A stretch of 64,000 nt of DNA from Lama glama. Lineage: Eukaryota. The notes under the pieces are model-generated. The model made no database searches. It saw only the letters and a list, made by a program, of their open reading frames with translations, and was not told the origin of the DNA. The stretch lies in NCBI GenBank assembly GCA_028534125.1, contig CM052817.1, positions 79,672,001 to 79,736,000 on the forward strand, in the 5' to 3' direction. Shown one piece after another: positions 38,536-51,349 of this stretch (position 1 is its first letter; every line of letters begins with the position of its first letter). The translations under genes and the position numbers were made by a program.

Positions 38536-39511
38536 GTAAGTTTTATGGAAGCTGTATTTGAAAGCAACTAGAATGGGCAGATCATACATTCTGAATCCAT
38601 ATAGCAAAAGAACAAGTAAATTCAGATCTCTCCATATACTACCTCCAGGCTTGAGATACTGTGTGTATGCTTCAAGTGGCCACAGATTCTCCCTCCCCTC
38701 TACTCAATCTAATCTGTTACTACTACTAAAATATACCATGTAGCTGACCACTTTCTTTTCTATGCTATTGAAAATCTACTTTTTTGTAGTTGTAAGTCTT
38801 TATAAACTTTAGGGAGTATGGATTTATACACTCTTCACATACTAACACAGGAGTTAGGGATTGCAGTCTATTCTTCTGGTTGATCTGTGGCCATAACTTG
38901 ATTGCCTTGTTGAAGGCAACTGTCATCAATTAGCATGAAATCTGGACAACACAGACAAGCACAAAAAGGAAGTAAAATTCACTTCAAGTTCAACATCTAG
39001 AGAAAACCATGGTTTTATCGTTTGTTAAAAATCCTTCCAGTAACACCGTTTGAAAACAAGGGCAGTGAGTGTTCCTATAGAGAATCTTCAAGAAAAATAA
39101 TTTTAGATTTTATTGTCTTAACATTTTATTGGACATGAATCTTGAATACAAATTGTCAGTTTTCTTTTTTTCCCTCATTTTGTAGTTTTTAAAAATTTTC
39201 ATATGGAGAAAGGAAATAACTCAAAACTATGGTAGGGACAAAACTAGGTTTTCATTTGATTTTAAGGGACATGAAGAATGGCAATAATATGAAATTTGTC
39301 CTTGCCAGAGGCTCTAAATATGGTTGATTTCTGTTTGGTTTTAATCTTGTAGAACCAAGTCACTCCATTCTACATTGCTTTGGGTTTGCACCTATTTCTG
39401 TTACTGAAATTAAATGTACACTGACGAGTTAAATAAGAGAACATGCAGATTTTACCTTTGTGATTTTACCTTGTTTTTTTTAAAGAAAGAAACCTTCTTT
39501 TCTTTCTCTAG

Positions 39512-39741
39512 GCGTCTTACTCCACACTCTATATCTGCATTTGAAGCCAATGAAGAACTGAGTCTCCATGTGGCTGTTGAAGGCAAAATTTATCTGACTG
39601 TCTACTGTCCTGCAGATGTTGTTAATAGAATAAGCAGTATGTCCTCAAGTGACAAATTGACAAGGTGGGAAGTGCTTGGTGTACAGGGAGCATTGCTGAG
39701 TCACTTCATACAGCCAGTTTATATCAACAGTATACTTGTTG
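39512..39741 (+). CDS. ADAD1: ADAD1 coding exon 8
   Basis: Acceptor tctctag; [15 protein letters not shown]...[35 protein letters not shown]; donor gtgagt. Confidence 0.96.
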
Positions 39742-42700
39742 GTGAGTGGGATTTCAGTATCTCTTGGCTTCTTTCACTAAATGGTTACACTATATTTCAT
39801 TTATCAGTGTAAAATTATAGTTTGCATACATGAAGCTTTATTTAAGGTAAAAATTTTTTGTTGAGGTTTTCATTTCATGGTAACTTGTAATCACCTTCAT
39901 AAAATATGACTTTTGTCATCTTGTCAGGAGACCAAGAATTAATATTTTGTTATTAGGCAATTAGATTTATACTATCTTGAACTTAAACTTGCGTTTGTGC
40001 AATATTCAGTTCTCCCCCTTCTTTTGAAAAATGTTTCCTTAAACTTCCCAAATTTAAAAGCTTATGTTTAGTTATGCCTGAAATAAGAAAAACACTAAAT
40101 GTGCCTCTTTTGTTTTTTTCCTACTTTTATGCATCTATCATACATTTGGTTATGATTTTGATCCTTTAAGTAACTAGAACACAAATAACGTGAATTCATA
40201 ATTTACTACTTTGATAGGGGTTGTTATGGGATGTATTCATATTTGAATGGTTTTCCAGAGATTATCTCATTGATAGACATTTTTGGCACTCATTTCTATA
40301 GTTTTCACAAAGCCCTAAGAGTTTTAAAGCTTTAGTTACCCTTGAGAAGCAATTTAAATACTACCATTACTTGGCTTTACTTTCCTTACTGTTAATTTTT
40401 GGTAATGATTGCACATGTACAAGCTTTAGATCCTCACATGAGTAAAATTTTTGTTTTTAGAAGGTGCTATTTCTTTTATTTCTTTCTTGTTTTTTTCTTC
40501 CTATATTTTACACCTTTTACACCCATTTCTTTAGGAATTCTCCTACAGACTTATTTTTTTCAGTTTTATATATATACATGTATATATAAATATATAAAGA
40601 CTATATTTTCTTGCCATTTCTATTTGGTTTGGCTTTAGTAAATTTTAAAAAGGAAATAGTAATTTTTTTCTACTATTAAACTTATTTTCTTTATTTAGGA
40701 AATCTATTACTTCATTCGCAATTCAAAAGATTCAGAAGGATATTCAGTGAAAAATCTTCCTTCCATCCTGGTGTCCCAGGCACTCATTTTACCTCTGTGG
40801 CATCCATGCTAGTTTCTTGTTTTTCTTTCCATAGATAGTTTATGCTTATAAACGTAAATGCATACTTTTTAAAAAAATTTTTACACCAGTGGGATTATAC
40901 AATTCATACTTTCCTGCATCTTGCTATTTTCAGTTAACAGTGTATCTTGAAAATTTTTCCATATGAGTATATGAAGAATTTTTTCATTATTATTCATAGT
41001 TCTCTGTATGATATATATAAATGTATTATGATTTATTTAACCAGTTGTGGATTGATGGAACTTTAGATTGTTTCTGATCTTTTGAAGCTACCAAAATGTT
41101 ACAGTGGATGACCTTTTTATTTTACATTTGTTATTCACACATATAAAATATACCTATAAGATGAATTCCTACAAGTAGAATTATAGATCAAAGATGTATG
41201 CATTTGCAGTTTTGAAAAATGTTACCAGATTGCCTTCCAAATCATATTCCCCATATGAGAATGCCTGTTTGCTCACACCCTAAAAAGTGGTTATTTCTAA
41301 CTTTTTCCAAATACATATTCTTGTAGATGATTTATTTCTTGGATTTAATTTGGATACCAAATTATTCATAATGATGATTTTTAGTCAGTTAAGATACTCT
41401 CTCAGACACTTCAAACTTTTCTTAGTCTTCTTTAGGAAAGGCTATTTTTGTTCTTAATAAGTGTCTTTAAACTATCTAAGAAATGTCTTTGCATCCTCTA
41501 GAGTCACAACTTTGACGAGCAAGGCTTTCTTTGACTTTTGTGAAGAAAGATATTTTACAGTTTATCATTTGTATAACATAACTCCACACTGTATTTAGTT
41601 TTTCAAAAGGATGGAGTCTTAAATAGATTCATTTAAAATGATTTAGTATTTAGTGGTTTGGATGGAGGCTTAAAAATTAGATCTCATCATTTTGACTGCC
41701 ATCTTGCACCTAGCAACAGGAACACCAGGTAGTAATAAAAATACTATAAGACCTTGTAAAATTGTTTGAGTTCTCTTTCTTTGCATTTGTGGAGCATATC
41801 TGAAGTTAATTGTTATTCTGTCTGGCATAACTTAAACAATTTTAGTGTTTATTAAAAATGCAGATTTCTTGACCCCCTTAAGATCTCTATTGTATGTCTG
41901 GAGGGTAGTCCCAGATTTTTAAGAGTACCACCATGTGATTCTGATACAGATGATGTGAATGACTCACTTTGAGATGTACTCAAAGTGTAAAAGTGTGATA
42001 TGTACAGCTAAAAGAATCTTGAGAGTTCATTGAACTTTATTAGTCATCTATTACAGCTTCTCACTTACTATACAAACTCTTTTTATACCATTTCTTATAG
42101 AAGATCATTAAACCCTAGTTTAAAAAGATCCAGGAATGTGGAGTATAGGATTTAAAGGCAATTCATTCCATTAATTGGATAGCTCCAATTGTTTTTAAAA
42201 ATTCCTCTATTTAGAATTGAAATTTGCTTCCCTTTAATTCTAAACTAAATGACAACACTTATTATTTGATGATAATGACCTTGTCCCCTTTTAAGTCTTA
42301 TGAAATCTTTTGCAGTTCTTTATTTTGATTCTTAAAAACCCATGTTAGTTTAATAGATCAGCTTCAAATGGGGAGAGTATTATACTTTAAGACTTCACTT
42401 AACTTTTCAAAAAAGTTGTGGAAACTGTGCAGATGTTCTCAGATGTTCATTCTGTCATTTTACGATAGTAGTCTTTTTCTTTTTTAAGGAAAAAAGTCTT
42501 AAGCTTTCATATAAAAAAGTCACTATTATTTGAATAGAAAATAATCCAGAGTAATCTGGAAAAAACTCACTTTGCTAAGATATTGAAAAGCTGGATTTGA
42601 ATTATTTTCAAGCTTTTTAAGGTATATTGACAAATTTGCTATCCTGTTAAGATAAAATTATCTGAAAAAATACTTCAAGAATGTTTATCCAGAGGTAGTT

Positions 42701-43736
42701 CCATTCAGGAGTCCTTTTTATATGCTGATTTGAGTTGTACAATTGGATCGTAGAGAATCCTAAATACTGATTCCCTCCTAGTGAAGGGCTCTATTTTAAA
42801 CACAGTTCATGGACTTTTAAGAAGCATATGATAACCTTAGAGATTCTGTTATACATTTCTTTTTTTTTTTCCAGATCAGTAACAGGAGGTTTTAGAATGT
42901 TATTAAAATACATGCCCAAAATCATTAGTTTGCCTATTGACAGAACCTGGACTCAGCCTTCATAACTTCTCATGCTTCTGCCTTTAGTATTAAATTGTGT
43001 TCTGACAACTTTGTCTGAGCTAGCCAATGACTAGAATCTCACTACTGTGTCTGTTAAACTTGACAGTCTTGAAAGGCAGGTGCTTTTGCACACTCATCTT
43101 GGTCTGGTTTGTACTGGAAGTCAGTAGATGTTTCCTGGATAAATGCTTTGAGTCAGCATGTTTTATTTTTGAAAGTGCTTTTATTTTTCTTCTTAATACT
43201 AATTCTGCTGCCTAGAATACTTGAAAAATAAAATTTAACTATTATTCTTTAGTCTTGTTGCACTTTAGGATCACCTGGGAATCTTTTAAAATAATATGGG
43301 AATGGCATTGATACTAATATCCCAATCCATAGTGATTTTAATATGCATCCAGGATAATTACTGCTGTCTGATAATCTAATCTTTTATATTCGTTTTACAT
43401 CAGGTGTTTATTGAGCCACCTAGTATATGCTAGATGATGTGTATTATTACATAACTCTCAGGGACACCATTCACATAAAATATAGAGTGAGCATTAAGAA
43501 TAAAGACAAGATGGTTCTTGCTTTTATATCTTCTATATAGACATCAGTTGTGTTTCACAGGAGCATGATGTGTTTTCTCCAGATGTTCTGTAATATATGG
43601 GTGATGGTGTTAAAGTGCAGTTGTCTCAGACTAAATATGATGTTTCAGATGTGATGTGAGCAGTACATAGTTTTATAATAACGTTGTATACTTTGATTTA
43701 GACATTGTATTTTTATTAATGCAGCCTTAGTTTGTA

Positions 43737-44031
43737 TGAGCACACCTTGAAGATATTGTGGGTTCGATTTCAGACCACCACAATAAAATGAATATCACAA
43801 TAAAATGAGGCACACAAATTTTTTGGTTTCTCAGTGCATAGAAAATTTATGTTTACACTATACCATAGTCTGTTAAGTATGCAGTAGCGTTATGTCTAAA
43901 GAAGTACTTTGTTGCTAAAAAATGCTAACCATCATCTGACAACACAGGGTTGCCACAAACCTTCAATTTGTAAAAACCATAATACCTGCAAGGCTCAATA
44001 AAGCAAAATGTAGTAAATTGAGGAATGTCTG
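43737..44031 (-). mobile_element. Second Tigger1-derived MITE, same family, intronic
   Basis: Reverse-complement match to 9179-9486, including the deletion junction (accatcatctgacaacacagggttgccacaaaccttc). Confidence 0.85.
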
Positions 44032-44552
44032 CATTATCTGTTTCAACAACTGTTTCTGTTGACTTATGTTAACTTATGGTAGACTAAGATTCTGAGATCT
44101 TTTCTGCATGAAAAGCTCACAGGTCATATTTGCTATAGTCTTTGATAATATTTAACCTTTAATGTTAATCTCTGAGCTTGATGTTATTATTTCAAATCAT
44201 TTTAGATGAATCAACAAAATTTCACAATTATATGACATAGTTTTATAGAGGTGTATTTTTCCAGGAACAAGATTTGATTATATTCAAGATATAATCAAAA
44301 TCATACCTCAGATATAGTTAATAATTAAAGCACATATATAATTAGAAAAAGTAAAATTTCTAATAAAATATTAATTTACTTGCCTTTTTCTATTAAATTA
44401 GCTTTTATACCATCACATTAAAATATATAGGTGAAACAGTTTGATGTTTAAGGAATCCTAATGTGGAGTTTCACTGGTAGGTTTTTTTTCTCTTTTCCTA
44501 AATATGATCTTGCTATTTTAGGTCCCGCCAGCGTCATTATCTTATTACAGTT

Positions 44553-44864
44553 TGTCTTAGTCTGTTTGGGCTACTCCAAAAAAAATATACACTGGGTGGA
44601 TTAAACAATAAGCATTTATTTCTCACAGGATCAAGGCGCTGACAGATTCAGTGTCTGTTGAGGGCCTGCTTTTTTTTAATTCATAGATGACTGTCTTCTC
44701 AGTGTGTCCTCATATGATGGAAGGGGTTAGAATCTCTTTTCATACTGGCATCAGTCCCATTCATGACAGGTACAACCCTCATGATTTAATCACCCCAAAT
44801 ACCATCACACTGAGGATTGGGTTTCAATATATGAATTTTGTGGGGACGCATTTAGTCTATAGTA
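44553..44864 (-). mobile_element. MaLR solo LTR (MLT1A-like)
   Basis: tgtcttagtctgtttgggct...gcatttatttctcacag...atgaattttgtggggac..tagtctatagta; near-perfect 5-bp TSD cagtt/cagtg. Confidence 0.8.
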
Positions 44865-45906
44865 CAGTGTGTATAATACATAACATTTTCTTTCAAATCC
44901 TTGTCTTCTGTTAATTATAGATACAATGACTATTCCACAGACTTTATTTCTCCCTAACTTTTTTTTTGTATCTAAGTATATCTTAACTAGCCTTCGTCAA
45001 TACCTCTTAATTTGGAACATTCAAAGGAGTGCCTAGAAAAAGAATGTTGAAAACAACTCATGTTCTTTTTACTTCATTTTCTAGTCCCCAAATAATTATA
45101 AACAATACAAGCCCAGGAGCCATCTCAACAATTCCAGTGATGAGAAAACAAAACTTTGTGTGAAATATGACTAGTGATATGTAAAGATTCACTTGTGAGA
45201 ACTTCAGAGCCTCTAAGGAGGAAAAGAGATGTGCTTTGGAAATAGGAATGACTGTCCCCTAACTTCTACCTTAAGTTTGATGCAGCCTATTATTTTATGG
45301 TAATAACACTGCATCTTTTGGAGCTTTCTTCTTCAACAGTTAGTTAACTGAGAACTCAGAGCTTATGGCATTGGTCTCAATTTTAACCAGAAATGGTCAT
45401 TCTTTAAATTAATTTGTGTCATGAAACAGGAACGTTGTGGTACTGAAACAGTCATAATCTATGGCTATCAGATGTGGAAAAATAACTACTTTAACCGTCT
45501 ATTTTTCAACCATATATATCTGCTACATTATGTTCTGGCTTCATGCTGTAATCTCAGAAATCAAGACAGAATGAGCCAGTTCTCTCTGGCAGAACCCTGT
45601 TAAAGTACCAACTTGTTTCTAGTCAGCTCTGGCTTTTTGCTTTTCTTCACTGGAATGTCAATATGTTGTTTTCTGTAGAAGATTGTTTTTTGAATTGAAA
45701 TTCTGACTGTTACTACTTATACTGGTTCTGGCAAAAAAAAAAAGTCTAGAATTAGCTCCTAAGAGAGTAGAAGTAGGAGAGAGAAGGTTGTGAAATACAG
45801 GATAGAGAAATGACCTGTTTACAGTTACTTATTAATTTATATTCTTTTTAGGGTCTAGTCTTTTGATATTGAACTTCTAAGTATTTATCATGTTTTTGCT
45901 TTGTAG

Positions 45907-46144
45907 GTGATGGGAATTGCAGTGATACAAGAGGCTTAGAGATTGCTCTAAAGCAACGTGTTGATGATGCACTCACTTCAAAACTTCCTATGTTTTACTT
46001 GGTTAACAAACCTCATATTAGTTTAGTACCTTCTGCATATCCACTTCAAACAAACTTGGAATATAAATTCCTGAGTCTAAATTGGGCACAAGGAGACATT
46101 TCTTTAGAAATTGTGGATGGCCTAAGTGGGAAGATCACTGAAAG
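45907..46144 (+). CDS. ADAD1: ADAD1 coding exon 9
   Basis: Acceptor ttgtag; [39 protein letters not shown]...[23 protein letters not shown]; donor gttagc. Confidence 0.95.
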
Positions 46145-47329
46145 GTTAGCATTACTAATTTCTTTAAAAATTACGTATTACTTAAGCAAAAGAATATATT
46201 TTAATATAGTTTTTAAAAACTATTTCAACTTTTTGGGTATAGTTTTTCGAATTCTGAATAATTATAGTTACTGAGTGTAACCATGTTGCAGGCATTGTAC
46301 TAAATTAAAAACTCTTTTTCCTGATGAGGAGACAGACCTGGAGAAATGACATGACTTACCGCAGTTACACAGTGAGTGGTAGAGCCAGCGTGCAAAATTG
46401 CTCTCCACAACCTTTATTTCTCTAGTTATCATTAGCATTAAAATTATTCAATGTATATAAAAATCCAGTGTTTTTAAAAATTCAGTTTTTCCTACTGAAT
46501 CTGAACGTCTTGATTTAGGGTTTAGGAAGCTGTATTTTGACAACTTCCTCAAGTATTGTTTATGCACACCTAAGTTTGAGAAGTACTGTACTGTGTTATT
46601 CTGCCTTATAAAAGTCCTGTAGGTTAGGTGGTATTGTTCTTTTACAGATAAATAAACCGAGATTCAAGCAAGGCTAAATATCTTGCCTAACATCACTCAG
46701 TTTATTTAAGTGACACAGCTAGAATTCTGATCTGGACATTTTATTTCCAAAGACTTTGTTCTTATCCATAATACATTATACCTTTTAGACATTTCTTTTT
46801 AATATCCCTGACACTGATTATCAGGTGAAACTAAAACCCTTCTTTTAGTGTGAACATATTTATAATGGGGTAATGAATAATGTTAAAAGCTTAAATGCCT
46901 GAATTTGCTTTCTTTATGAAAGATGGATTTAAATTAAGACCACATATAAATGTATTTTGATATGAACTCAGTTGAGCATACTATTAAGTATTTCAGCTAG
47001 GATGAATTATACTATTTATGCTTTGAATCAGCATAAAGAAGTGTTATCTCTGTTAATAACGGACTACACACAATCAAAGAAAAGATCTTCTATGAAAGAC
47101 ATTAAAAAACTTTACTGAAAACATAAGATAATAGTATAACACAGATGAAATTAATGTAAAATGAGCTTAACTCATTTATTGCGAATAAATGCTTGCCACG
47201 TGATTACAAACACACAAAAAAGCAGATATGAGCTAATTACTCAACAAAGTGTAATTCATCCCCAAAGCATTTCATAAGGTAGAAAACACTTCTGCAGTAT
47301 AATTCACAAGGAAGAACGGTTATGAGTAA

Positions 47330-49190
47330 CTATGCAACAACTAATGTATCAACATTCATAAAGCAGAAATTACAGAAAGCAAAAGGAAAAATAGAAACAC
47401 ACTATTAGTTGAGACAGTAATTCACCCCTTTCAGTTCATGGTAGATTGAGCAGACAAAACAATAAGCAAGAATATAGCAGTCTTAAATAACAATAGGATA
47501 GATCTGACTGATTTCTTCAAAACTTTGCATTATAAAAATATAAAATACACCTGCTTTTCAAAAACCTGCAGAACATTAACAAAAATTGGCTATGTGTTAG
47601 GCCACAAAGACAATCTCAGATTCTAAAAAGTAGAAGTGATATAGACAATATTCTCCAATTGTGATGCAGTAAAACTATAAATAACAAAATCAGAATACTG
47701 GATACTTATTTCACTGAGAAAAAATGTTTCCTAACTTTTGGTTCAAAGAGAAAATATAAAATGAAACCACAGAATATTTAGAAAACAAGGGTATTTAATG
47801 TGTTGCATTTCAGAACTTACGGATATATAGCTAAAGCAAAGCTGAATGGAAAAGCCAATTCTTTAGCTTGGCTTATGATAATAAACAGAATGAAGAGATT
47901 TGTAAAACTAGAAATGTAAATTAAAGAGCTAGATAGAAAACAGAAGTTAGAAATAATCATTTAAAAAAACTGATTCTGTGAAAAAAAAAAACCACTAGCT
48001 AATCTCATATAAAATAACAAGGGAGTAGTTACAGAAAAAATTAAGAGAAATCATAAGAAACTTCTTTGCTCATCCATGCATATATATTTGAAAATCTGGA
48101 TGAAATGCATAAACGTCTAGGAAAAAATTATTTCTAAAATTGGTACAGAAAAGGAGAAAAAAACTAACATTATTTTCTTGAGAAAGAAAAAGATGCCCTA
48201 CCTCTTTTCCAAAGAAAGCACTATTCTGAGGTGGTTCAGGGGAATTTTATAAACCTTTAAATAGCAGAAATTTCCAATGCTGTCTAAAAAGATGGAAAGC
48301 ATTCAAATGCTTTTGTAAAGCAAGTGTATCATTGATTCTTAAACTCTGTAGAAGTTTGCTGCCCCCAACCACAGAAGCTATAGACCAAACTCAATTTTAT
48401 GTCAAGCAAAATTGCTAAATACAGTATCAGAAAGCAGAACTTTAAAATAATATGTTTTATACAACAATACCACGTGGCATTTTTTTCTGGAAATGTGAGG
48501 ATAATAACATAATAAAAAATACCAGATTAGAAACTCTTGTTAATATAATTTGTCATTAATTGATCTAGGGGAAAACACCATATATTCAGCTCTATAAATT
48601 CTAAGAAGGCCTATAGTACAGCTATGCAACTATTTTAGGTAAAGATACTCTATAAAAAAGGAAAAGATATTTTTGTTAATGGTAAAATGTATCTTTTTTT
48701 TAATTGAAGTATACTCAGTTTACAATGTGTCAATTTCTGGTGTACAGCATGATAGTGCAGTCATACATATACATACATACATTTGTTTTCATATTCTTTT
48801 TCATTATAGGTTACTACAATACATTGACTATAGTTCCCTGTGCTATACAGTAGAAACTTGTTTATCTGTTTAAAATGTATCTTTACTAGTCCAAAAGTGT
48901 CATCATGATTAATGATGAAACCACAGAGTCATTTCTACTAACATCTGAAACAAGATATGATTGTTTACTGTTATTGCTGTCATTTAACATTTTATTTAAT
49001 GCATTTGAACAAGAGAAATAAATGAGAGATATAAAATATTGGAAAGGAGGAAGTAAAATTACAACTCTTTGCACACAGTACCATTTTATACTTGAAAAGT
49101 CCAAGAGAATTATCTGAAAAACCACCACAAAAAAAAAAAAGATATCAAGGTGGAAAATTAGTATAGAAAGATCAGTACATTTTATTAACA
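47330..49190 (+). mobile_element. Very old L1 ORF2 remnant
   Basis: Degenerate ORF2 landmarks (aaattggctatgtgttaggccacaaa, gaaaatctggatgaaatg, aagatatgattgtttactg). Confidence 0.6.
48697..48870 (-). mobile_element. Short 5'-truncated L1 3' end with perfect 14-bp TSD
   Basis: TAAAATGTATCTTT at 48683-48696 and 48871-48884 flanking a T-tract + L1 3'UTR sequence. Confidence 0.85.
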
Positions 49191-49197
49191 TGAGTGT

Positions 49198-49635
49198 ATG
49201 TTAACTATTGCTGTTTATGAACTCTCAAAACTTAGTGGCTTAAAAGAAGAACCATTTACTGCTGCTCACAATACCTTAGGTCAACTGAATTGGATATAAT
49301 TGGGCTCTCCCATGTGTCTGGGGTAAGCTCTAGGTCAACTGAAGAGCATCTTGGCTGATCTGGTCCACGTGTTCTCTCATCTTTAGTACACCAGTCTCAT
49401 ACGGCTCACATGGCAGAGGAAAGGGTCTTAAAAGAATGAGAACACAAAGCCTCTTGAGACCCAGGGTTGGAACTGGTACATTGTCTATTCTGTTCAGCAA
49501 AACAAATCACAAAGCCAGCCCAAATTCTTGGGGGAGGGGAATCAACCACAGTTACAGATGGAAGAATCTGAGAAGATACATTGTAAAGACCATGGAGACA
49601 GGGAGGAACAAAAGATTTTGGCAAATTTTGTAATC
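49198..49635. mobile_element. Old MaLR (MLT1-type) LTR
   Basis: ctcaaaacttagtggcttaaaa...ggaactggtacattgtc...cacaaagccagcccaaattc. Confidence 0.65.
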
Positions 49636-50275
49636 ACAAGAACAACTAAGAAGATATAATGAAGAAAAAGAGTTAAATAGCAAGAAAGCTCATGATCTGT
49701 GGACCCACTTTTGTTAGAAACAGAAATATATATCCACATGCACATATATACACATATACATATATGGAGGGTAGTGAGGTAAGTGTGCATATTTTACTTT
49801 TTTATTGAGTTAAAATTTATATACAGTTAAATGCACTGTACAATTTCATGAGTTATGATAAACGTATATACCTGCGTACCCCATCTGTTTATAACCATTA
49901 TCCCAGTCAAAATATAGGACATTTTCATCATCTCAGAAAATATTTCTATGCCCTCATGTAGTCAATCCCTGGTAGAACCAATGTTTTACTTTGGATCACC
50001 ATAGATTAATTTTGCCTCAAACAATAGAAATGTTCCAGATATCCATCTTCTGCTTTACTTTTTAATGTAATACTCTGATAACTTAAATTGTAATTTTATT
50101 AAAAACTAGCTTCAGAAAGTAAAGATTCAGAATAATTTTATGTAAAAAAATGTGCTATATGCATGCACATAATTGAGAAAAATATTGTAGATTCTATGTT
50201 GATTTTAATCCTTGCAATTGCCAACATAAATTTTTGAATAATAATTAGTAAATATTTCATTCCTTTCTACCTTAG

Positions 50276-50408
50276 TTCTCCATTTAAAAGTGGTATGTCA
50301 ATGGCAAGTCGGCTTTGTAAGGCTGCAATGTTAAGTCGATTTAACCTGCTTGCCAAAGAAGCTAAAAAAGAAGATTTACTTGAAGCCAGTACATATCATG
50401 GAGCTAAG
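50276..50408 (+). CDS. ADAD1: ADAD1 coding exon 10
   Basis: Acceptor ccttag; [44 protein letters not shown]; donor gtaagt. Confidence 0.95.
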
Positions 50409-51349
50409 GTAAGTCTTTAAAGGAATGAAGTTGATCATTGAAGTAAAAAATTAAGACAATAATAATGTGGTAATTTGATGATGATGATAAATAGCAAAAG
50501 TTGTGGAATAGTACACGAAAATAAGATATTGCCATGTAGTGGTAAAATTAATTTTTAAATGAATATGCCAGAAATTGGATATGTAAATAAATACTGCCAC
50601 CTAAAGTAGCTACCTCAGTATGATATGTACTTAGACAGTATTGCTCAAAACCTTCTGTCATACCTAGAGAAACAAAATGGTAATAAAATTTCTCCTGTAT
50701 ATGATGTTAAATATGCTAACTATTGAATTTAAGTATTCTAAAATAATGTGTTACTATATTTATGTAAATTAATTTGCCTATCATAAAATTGTGAAACACC
50801 TTTGATTTGAGCATGTAATCTGGGCTTGATAAGTGATGTAGATATACTTTTTCTGTCTTTAGAAATGTTTATTTTTTTTAGTATTACAAACATAATGCAC
50901 ATTTAAGTTGAGAATTTAGAAATTTTTTAAAAGTTCAGAGGGAGAAGTATTACTTGTAATACCACTTTCTATTCAGATATACTATTCCTAATCCTGTAAA
51001 CATGTTATTTCAGTTTCTTGCCATGTATTTATATTTTTTGTGTATGCATATATTTTAAAATATTAAGATGATACTGGATATGCTTTTTAATCTGCTTTTT
51101 TCATTCAAAGTACTGTGACCTGAACCATGTCCTACTGTGACATTTCCATGTTATCAAGTTATTAAATACAAATTGTTTCTCATAACCTAATTTCAATTTC
51201 AGTAATGATACCGTATTGTATGCAAGTCTCTTTTTCACCACTATCTTTATGCTCAAACTGTATAATTCCAATCTGTAAAGCAATTAATATTAATTACAGG
51301 CTTACTTGTATGTACACATGTATTTTTAAGTATAAAAGCTTACCTAGAC

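Noticed and set aside
43040..45450. Scattered AP-1/STAT-like motifs (near 43130-43160) and an ETS-RUNX-like motif (near 45425-45442)
   Set aside because: Single or imperfect matches, within chance expectation for 64 kb.
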